Below are positions 1 to 4,163 of a DNA stretch of 4,163 nucleotides, piece by piece. The translations under genes were made by a program, and so were the position numbers. Position 1 is the stretch's first letter, and the number at the start of each line of letters is the position of its first letter. The notes under the pieces are model-generated. The model worked only from the letters and a program-made list of their open reading frames with translations, was not told where the DNA came from and made no database searches. The DNA comes from a virus (taxonomy: Duplodnaviria; Heunggongvirae; Uroviricota; Caudoviricetes): IMG/VR virus record IMGVR_UViG_2541047896_000024. The stretch is one strand, 5' to 3'.

Positions 1-7
1 CATCCAA

Positions 8-40
8 CCGCAGCACGTTCTTGCTTAAGACGTGCTGCGG
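8..40. other. Perfect 10-bp GC-rich inverted repeat with 13-nt spacer (ccgcagcacg / cgtgctgcgg)
   Basis: 8..17 ccgcagcacg is the exact reverse complement of 31..40 cgtgctgcgg. It lies 15 nt downstream (minus strand) of the tfa-remnant stop. No U-tract follows on either strand, so it is not a canonical intrinsic terminator. Confidence 0.35.
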
Positions 41-54
41 CATAATCCCAATGA

Positions 55-183
55 TTACTCCCTGACAGGGTTCGTAGGCCACTCAATATCAGGTGCAGTT
101 GATGTATCAACACGGTTCAGCAACACCCGATACTTTTTCCAGGCTTCCAGCAACGGGGTTTCTTCCTCCGTTGCATATACAGC
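55..183 (-). pseudogene. tfa: 3' remnant (last ~42 codons) of a tail fibre assembly gene; the 5' ~150 codons are missing
   Basis: Minus-strand frame between the in-frame TGA (184..186) and TAA (55..57) translates to [42 protein letters not shown]. This matches the C-terminus of lambda Tfa as I recall it (...[32 protein letters not shown]). There is no start codon or N-terminal Tfa sequence; the upstream frame is closed by a stop. Confidence 0.65.
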
Positions 184-193
184 TCACCTTTTT

Positions 194-487
194 TCACCCA
201 CGATTAACCAACAGCCAGACCAGCAGACACGCCACCACCGGCACAGCAAAATCTATCAGGCTTGCCACATCCCAAACACGCGGATCAAAACCGCCCCACC
301 ACGGCATGTTAATCCACTTGCCATGCCCGAACATTTCAATCCAGCGATATTCTGCCTGGGTGTGTTCACGCGCAATGAAGAACGTACAACCGGCTATCGC
401 CCCGTAAACCCAGTTTCCGGCAAAAAGACCAATCATTACCTGCGCAGCCACAGCACAAAGCGCATGAAGAAAAGGTGTTATATCCAT
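194..487 (-). CDS. Small hydrophobic protein (97 aa), predicted membrane protein with 2-3 transmembrane helices
   Basis: ORF 194..487 (-). AGGAGG Shine-Dalgarno directly follows the stop of the upstream 234-aa gene (minus strand TAA-AGGAGGAGTA-ATG). Hydrophobic stretches at about residues 6-39 (FLHALCAVAAQVMIGLFAGNWVYGAIAGCTFFIA) and 72-94 (LIDFAVPVVACLLVWLLV), separated by a Trp-rich polar loop (KWINMPWWGGFDPRVWD). No cleavable signal peptide or lipobox seen. Confidence 0.6.
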   Translation of the reverse strand: MDITPFLHALCAVAAQVMIGLFAGNWVYGAIAGCTFFIAREHTQAEYRWIEMFGHGKWINMPWWGGFDPRVWDVASLIDFAVPVVACLLVWLLVNRG

Positions 488-497
488 TACTCCTCCT

Positions 498-1202
498 TTA
501 TCCGATATCGCTTTGGGAAGTTGATAACAACTTCAATTCTGACTCAAGTTCATCAACTCTTTCAGTCAGTTTCTGGATATGGTGAATCAGTGGAACAACC
601 AGACGTTCGTACATTACACCTTCGGCAACAAGGCCATTGCTGGAAATGGTTTCCGGTGCATCATCTTCGTTGGCTGGTCGCCAGTGAACAAACTGAGGGG
701 CAATTTCTCCTACTTCCTCGGCAATCAATCCATAGAATCCCCAGTCACGCCTGTCATTTTCGCATTGCGACCTGTACCACACAGGGCGCATCCTGAAAAT
801 GAGATCGGCGTGCTCTGAATCTATCGTCTCTACTGAATGTTTATAGCGGATAGACGATGTTGACCGCAGCACAGACGAAATTGCAGGGTCAGGATTAAGA
901 TAAAGATTTGCCGCCGCTGTAGTTGTGCCCAATCCCCATAAATAAAACGCTTCACGGCCAGTCAGCGGGTAAAAATCTCCGCCATAACGACCACTTTCCA
1001 GATCGTTCACTTCCACTTTGTTTTTCAGCTTATTATCCACTTCTGTTTTTGTGTATCTGGTACTGATATCCTGCTTTGCACTGTCCATATCAGTCTGAAG
1101 CGTTGATACTTTTACGTTAATTGAGGAAATATCTTCCTTTGCCTTACTGACATCTCCCTTTAGCGTTTTGATGTCATCAGGAATTACTGTCGATGTAGCC
1201 AT
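498..1202 (-). CDS. Coiled-coil protein with C-terminal peptidase S74-like domain (intramolecular chaperone / chaperone-of-endosialidase type); tail-fibre-like
   Basis: ORF 498..1202 (-) with GAGGAAG Shine-Dalgarno 5 nt upstream of the ATG at 1200..1202. Residues ~9-69 are charged and heptad-like (DIKTLKGDVSKAKEDISSINVKVSTLQTDMDSAKQD...). Residues 116-225 fit the S74 self-cleaving chaperone domain pattern: S116-SIRY-K121 (Ser-Lys dyad spacing as in the SDRRLK motif), ...LIFRMRPVWYR..., ...WGFYGLIAEEVGEIAPQFV..., ...LVVPLIHHIQKLTERVDELESEL. Domain call is by pattern recognition, not a profile search. Confidence 0.7.
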   Translation of the reverse strand: MATSTVIPDDIKTLKGDVSKAKEDISSINVKVSTLQTDMDSAKQDISTRYTKTEVDNKLKNKVEVNDLESGRYGGDFYPLTGREAFYLWGLGTTTAAANLYLNPDPAISSVLRSTSSIRYKHSVETIDSEHADLIFRMRPVWYRSQCENDRRDWGFYGLIAEEVGEIAPQFVHWRPANEDDAPETISSNGLVAEGVMYERLVVPLIHHIQKLTERVDELESELKLLSTSQSDIG

Positions 1203-1211
1203 TTTTCTTCC

Positions 1212-1493
1212 TCACATCCAGCTACGGAGTTGATGCTCAACAGCAACCACGTATTCATCGAATAATGACGATATTTGCGAATCATTAATGATGCGCACAT
1301 TTACAAAATATCCGTCCTCCTTAACACATACCGGCTCGCCATCTTCAGTAAGTTCTCCGGTTTCTTTGTACACATTACCTATCACGTCAATAAGAATATC
1401 ATCCTGCATCGACTCGTCATCATAATAGCCAATGCTCTCCATAAAGGCCGAAAAGTCGGCCCTGTCTGCAAATTTGAGTGTTAAATCTTTCAT
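1212..1493 (-). CDS. Hypothetical small acidic protein (93 aa), translationally coupled to stf
   Basis: ORF 1212..1493 (-). Its ATG (complement of 1491..1493) overlaps the stf stop (complement of 1493..1495) as TAATG. GGGGGAG Shine-Dalgarno about 8 nt upstream inside the stf 3' end. Asp/Glu-rich, no hydrophobic segment. No family recognised from memory. Confidence 0.6.
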   Translation of the reverse strand: MKDLTLKFADRADFSAFMESIGYYDDESMQDDILIDVIGNVYKETGELTEDGEPVCVKEDGYFVNVRIINDSQISSLFDEYVVAVEHQLRSWM

Positions 1494-3895
1494 TAGATTG
1501 ACTCCCCCATCTGAGCATCAGTCAATGCCTTGTGCCAAATACGCAGATTTCGAACGTGTCCAAATAGGTGACGGTTGCCGGATGATGATTGACCACCAAT
1601 ATTAATGAAGCCTCCTGTATATTTGTGTTTTTTATAAGGAGAAACTACCTTAGCACCAATATTACCGTTAACCACAACACACAATTCTCGACTTTCTGTG
1701 AATCTAAAGCCGATAATGCTTTTTCTCTCTGGTCGTTCTATAACGCTTTTATATTCTATTTTAGTGCCTTTACCATTTGTAATGATTGCGCGTGCTCCCA
1801 AAGATGTATACCCCAAATACATATAACTTTCATCTGCAATTTCAGTTGTATCTCCCGTAGTGGAAATATTAAGAATACGTGCGCTACCTTCTTTGTTTGG
1901 CGATTCATCCCAATTGGTATTAACTTCTGCTAATGAACTAATAGCGGGATTGCACCAATTTAGAGAAATGGGGACCGTTACAATATCGCTGGCGCGTGTT
2001 ACAGGGGATGCGCCTGTTATAATAAACGATGAAGCGCATGCCCCACCTTCAACTTGAGGGGTCGCAATATAAATATAATCATCCGCGCCAGTGCCCACTC
2101 CTTTTGCCGGGGCATACTGAACCATTCCACCTATCATATTTTCTGTATCAAGTGCCTTAATTGTCGCCTCAAAAAAGATCCATTTGCTTGCTTCATCTTT
2201 AACAGCCCTTGCAGTAATGCGATTAGCGGCACCACCCGTCTTATCAATAGATAAATCTGTCGTATTTAAGTAAGCGTCACCTAAGAATGTGTAGGTAGAA
2301 CCATCATAGTTTTCAAATCGTAATCGGCATCTTAAATTTGGAGTGCCACTTTGCACCCTGCATGATATGGTTACATACTTTTCTCCGCCTGTTACATCAA
2401 AACCTTTACTGCCGGAAACGGTTACTATGTTAATCGCTGAAATTTGCCCTACCATTTCTGGTTTTAATGTAAATTTTGCGTACTGGAATCCGAAATCATC
2501 TACACCTGATGCACTTAAGATCATATTTGACGACTTGTTCCATTTAGTCGGATTTGTTGAATTGATTAGCAGGTTAGTTCTTTGCCCCTCAATAAGCAGG
2601 CCATCACGTTCAAATCGTGGCTCGTCAATGGCAGCCTCTGTCAGCACACCAGATTTATTAATGTAAGTTGCTTTCGATGCGCGTTTAAACTTTACAATCT
2701 TGTCGCCAGGCATTGTTATTTCATCGTCGCCAATAACAATTTTTTTATATGATGGCGAAAAGCCCGTAATCATATCCAGTGAATCGTTAAACGGTATCCA
2801 CACATCAGGCAGTGGCTGTAAGACATATTTATACGGCTCTGCTGCCTGACTTGCATACTCTCTGGCTGCGTCTTCACTTGCTTTAGCTGCTGTCTGGCTT
2901 GCTGCCGATGCTTGCGCCGAGTTCGCCGCCGCAGTCTCGCTCGCCTTTGCGTTGGTTTCACTGGTTTTTGCTGCTTTTTGACTGTTAGCTGATGCAGTGG
3001 CAGAAGCAGCCGCCGCGCTTGCAGAACTGGCTGCGGCACTCTCGCTTTGGGCCGCTGCATCCTGACTGCTTTTCGCCGCAGTTTCACTGGCTTTGGCATT
3101 CGTTTCGCTGGTCTTCGCTGCCGTCTGGCTGGACTTTGCGTTAGTTTCACTCGTCTTCGCAGCTTTCTGGCTGTTAGCCGCAGCAGTTGCTGATCCAGCT
3201 GCTGAAGTCGCAGAACCGGCTGCCGCGCTCTCGCTTTGGGCTGCTGCAACCTGGCTGTTTTTTGCCGCAGTTTCACTGGCTTTGGCATTCGTTTCGCTGG
3301 TTTTCGCTGCCGTCTGGCTGGACTTTGCGTTGGTTTCGCTCGTCTTTGCGGCTGTCTCGCTATTTTTCGCGTTGGTTTCTGATTTTTTGGCTGCTGTCGC
3401 GGAGTTTGCCGATGCAGTCTTTGAGGTCGCTGCCGCCTGTGCACTATTAGCTGCATTCGTTTCTGAGGTTTTCGCCGCGTTCTTCGATGATGCCGCTGCA
3501 GTTTCGGATTTCTTTGCCGCCGCTGCGCTCTGAGAGGCGGCTTCAGCGTTGCGTGCCGCTTCTTCCACCATTTCCTCAAAACGACGCAATGCCTCCGGCA
3601 TGACATCATCTTCCGTCATGGCACCGAGAAAATCATTCAGCGTCCCCGGCTTAGAATCTTCATACACGGTGATGGTCCCGGCATGTGAAGGCGAAAAACC
3701 TTCAACCAGCAGGATAACGCTGTACTGGCCATACTCAACATCCATACTGTAACGCCCGGCTTCATCCGGATTTTCTGAGGCCAGCGTGTTCACTACCACC
3801 GTGGTGCTGTTACGTTTTGCTTTCAGCTGGATTGAGCAGTTCTGTACCGGTTTTCCTGTGCCGTCTTTCAGTACACCTGAAATCTTTACTGCCAT
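1493..3895 (-). CDS. stf: Side tail fibre protein, lambda Stf family (800 aa) with a divergent C-terminal receptor-binding region
   Basis: ORF 1493..3895 (-). The N-terminal ~115 aa (MAVKISGVLKDGTGKPVQNC...YSMDVEYGQYSVIL...HAGTITVYEDS...) match the lambda Stf N-terminus as I recall it. G-rich Shine-Dalgarno (GGGGGG) 3 nt upstream of the ATG at 3893..3895. Residues ~118-350 are Ala/Ser/Thr-rich heptad-like repeats (KTSETNA/KSSQTAA...). C-terminal 450 aa are non-repetitive and end in ...GFINIGGQSSSGNRHLFGHVRNLRIWHKALTDAQM, which resembles the C-terminal strand of ConA-like/LamG lectin domains. Confidence 0.92.
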   Translation of the reverse strand: MAVKISGVLKDGTGKPVQNCSIQLKAKRNSTTVVVNTLASENPDEAGRYSMDVEYGQYSVILLVEGFSPSHAGTITVYEDSKPGTLNDFLGAMTEDDVMPEALRRFEEMVEEAARNAEAASQSAAAAKKSETAAASSKNAAKTSETNAANSAQAAATSKTASANSATAAKKSETNAKNSETAAKTSETNAKSSQTAAKTSETNAKASETAAKNSQVAAAQSESAAAGSATSAAGSATAAANSQKAAKTSETNAKSSQTAAKTSETNAKASETAAKSSQDAAAQSESAAASSASAAAASATASANSQKAAKTSETNAKASETAAANSAQASAASQTAAKASEDAAREYASQAAEPYKYVLQPLPDVWIPFNDSLDMITGFSPSYKKIVIGDDEITMPGDKIVKFKRASKATYINKSGVLTEAAIDEPRFERDGLLIEGQRTNLLINSTNPTKWNKSSNMILSASGVDDFGFQYAKFTLKPEMVGQISAINIVTVSGSKGFDVTGGEKYVTISCRVQSGTPNLRCRLRFENYDGSTYTFLGDAYLNTTDLSIDKTGGAANRITARAVKDEASKWIFFEATIKALDTENMIGGMVQYAPAKGVGTGADDYIYIATPQVEGGACASSFIITGASPVTRASDIVTVPISLNWCNPAISSLAEVNTNWDESPNKEGSARILNISTTGDTTEIADESYMYLGYTSLGARAIITNGKGTKIEYKSVIERPERKSIIGFRFTESRELCVVVNGNIGAKVVSPYKKHKYTGGFINIGGQSSSGNRHLFGHVRNLRIWHKALTDAQMGESI
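2846..3545. repeat. Degenerate tandem repeats inside stf: about three 189-nt (63-aa) units with 21-nt (7-aa) sub-periodicity
   Basis: Direct comparison at a 189-nt offset: 3078..3140 and 3267..3329 are nearly identical (gcagtttcactggctttggcattcgtttcgctgg...ccgtctggctggactttgcg); 2944..2999 versus 3133..3188 is about 80% identical. A 21-nt periodicity is visible at 3327..3400 (gcgttggtttcgctcgtcttt / gcggctgtctcgctatttttc / gcgttggtttctgattttttg). Boundaries are approximate. Confidence 0.75.
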
Positions 3896-3906
3896 ATTCC
3901 CCCCAC

Positions 3907-3932
3907 AAAAAAGCCCACCTGAACCGGCGGGC
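3907..3932 (-). terminator. Rho-independent terminator downstream of lom
   Basis: On the minus-strand transcript: stem GCCCGCC (3926..3932) / GGUGGGC (3913..3919) with one G-U wobble, 6-nt loop (3920..3925), followed by a U6 run (complement of the A-run 3907..3912). The hairpin pairs better on the minus strand than on the plus strand (A-C mismatch there). Confidence 0.6.
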
Positions 3933-3959
3933 TGTCATAACACTGTGTTACCTGGCTAA

Positions 3960-4163
3960 TCAGAATTTATAACCGACACCCACGATGAAACCGTCAGTGC
4001 GCCAGTCACCACTGCCAGAACCTTCATAAGCAATATCAATGGCCACGGATTCGGTCGGGTTAAACTGCACGCCAGCCCCCCACGCCAGAGACGTGTTGCT
4101 GTGGCGACCGTCATCACTTCCGGTCAGCACATCGTGCGTTTTCCCCTTGTTGTCAGTTACGCG
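3960..4163 (-). CDS. lom: 3' end of lom (Ail/Lom/PagC/OmpX-family outer-membrane beta-barrel protein); 5' part lies beyond the window edge
   Basis: Minus-strand translation of 3963..4163 gives ...SLAWGAGVQFNPTESVAIDIAYEGSGSGDWRTDGFIVGVGYKF*, ending in the aromatic-terminal GVGYKF beta-strand typical of this family; stop TGA is the complement of 3960..3962. Position immediately upstream of stf matches the lambda order J-lom-stf-tfa. Confidence 0.85.
   Translation of the reverse strand, partial: RVTDNKGKTHDVLTGSDDGRHSNTSLAWGAGVQFNPTESVAIDIAYEGSGSGDWRTDGFIVGVGYKF

Noticed and set aside
151-173. Weak hairpin (caacgg ... ccgttg) just after the orf97 stop
   Set aside because: Only a 6-bp stem with an 11-nt loop and no U-tract; it lies inside the tfa-remnant reading frame and is more likely coincidental.
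1-500. Invertase-driven invertible tail-fibre segment (Pin/Gin/Cin-type)
   Set aside because: The tfa stump has the same orientation as stf, the 8..40 palindrome does not resemble gix/hix-type crossover sites, and no invertase gene is visible in the window.
32-796. Plus-strand 254-aa ORF
   Set aside because: It is antisense to the tfa stump, orf97 and orf234, which have good ribosome-binding sites and recognisable features. Its translation is His/Arg/Thr-rich with no start context, so it is a spurious overlap ORF.
1493-2100. Diversity-generating retroelement target (variable region at the stf C-terminus)
   Set aside because: No template-repeat copy of the stf 3' end was seen downstream, and no reverse transcriptase gene is present in the window.
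1275-2666. Several short plus-strand ORFs (1275..1484, 1589..1933, 1860..2057, 2054..2254, 2343..2666)
   Set aside because: All are antisense to stf or orf93 in AT-rich DNA, with low-complexity translations and no ribosome-binding sites; typical shadow ORFs.
3093-3533. Plus-strand 146-aa and 87-aa ORFs encoding Ala/Phe/Leu/Val-rich, membrane-like repeats
   Set aside because: They are antisense translations of the stf Ala/Ser/Thr repeat region; the apparent hydrophobic repeats are a complement-strand artefact.
2846-3545. Possible CRISPR array or other non-coding tandem repeat
   Set aside because: The repeats are degenerate, sit in frame inside stf and encode the fibre shaft; there are no unique spacers or identical direct repeats.
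2770-3609. Minus-strand 279-aa ORF, extremely Arg/Gln/Lys-rich
   Set aside because: It is an alternative frame of the stf shaft repeats; the repetitive GC-rich DNA keeps the frame open. The stf frame carries the lambda-like N-terminus and is the real one.

Overview
This window looks like the distal tail-fibre end of a lambda-like (lambdoid) prophage from an enterobacterial host, with every supported gene on the minus strand. Reading in the direction of transcription (high to low coordinates): the 3' end of lom, a hairpin terminator, an 800-aa Stf-family side tail fibre, then a tightly coupled three-gene cassette sitting where lambda carries tfa, then a 42-codon 3' remnant of tfa and a GC-rich inverted repeat. 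The fibre has a lambda-like N-terminus, an Ala/Ser/Thr-rich shaft built from 63-aa and 7-aa repeats, and a non-lambda, AT-richer C-terminal half ending in a lectin-like motif. The cassette encodes a 93-aa acidic protein, a 234-aa coiled-coil protein with a peptidase-S74-like self-cleaving chaperone domain, and a 97-aa membrane protein. The most interesting reading is that the fibre's receptor-binding half and these three genes arrived together as one exchanged module, leaving the tfa stump as a scar; the cassette's function is unknown and is the main candidate for an undescribed fibre-accessory or superinfection-exclusion system. All plus-strand ORFs in the track appear to be antisense or repeat artefacts. 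All family assignments are from reading the translations and from memory of the lambda proteins; no database search was run.
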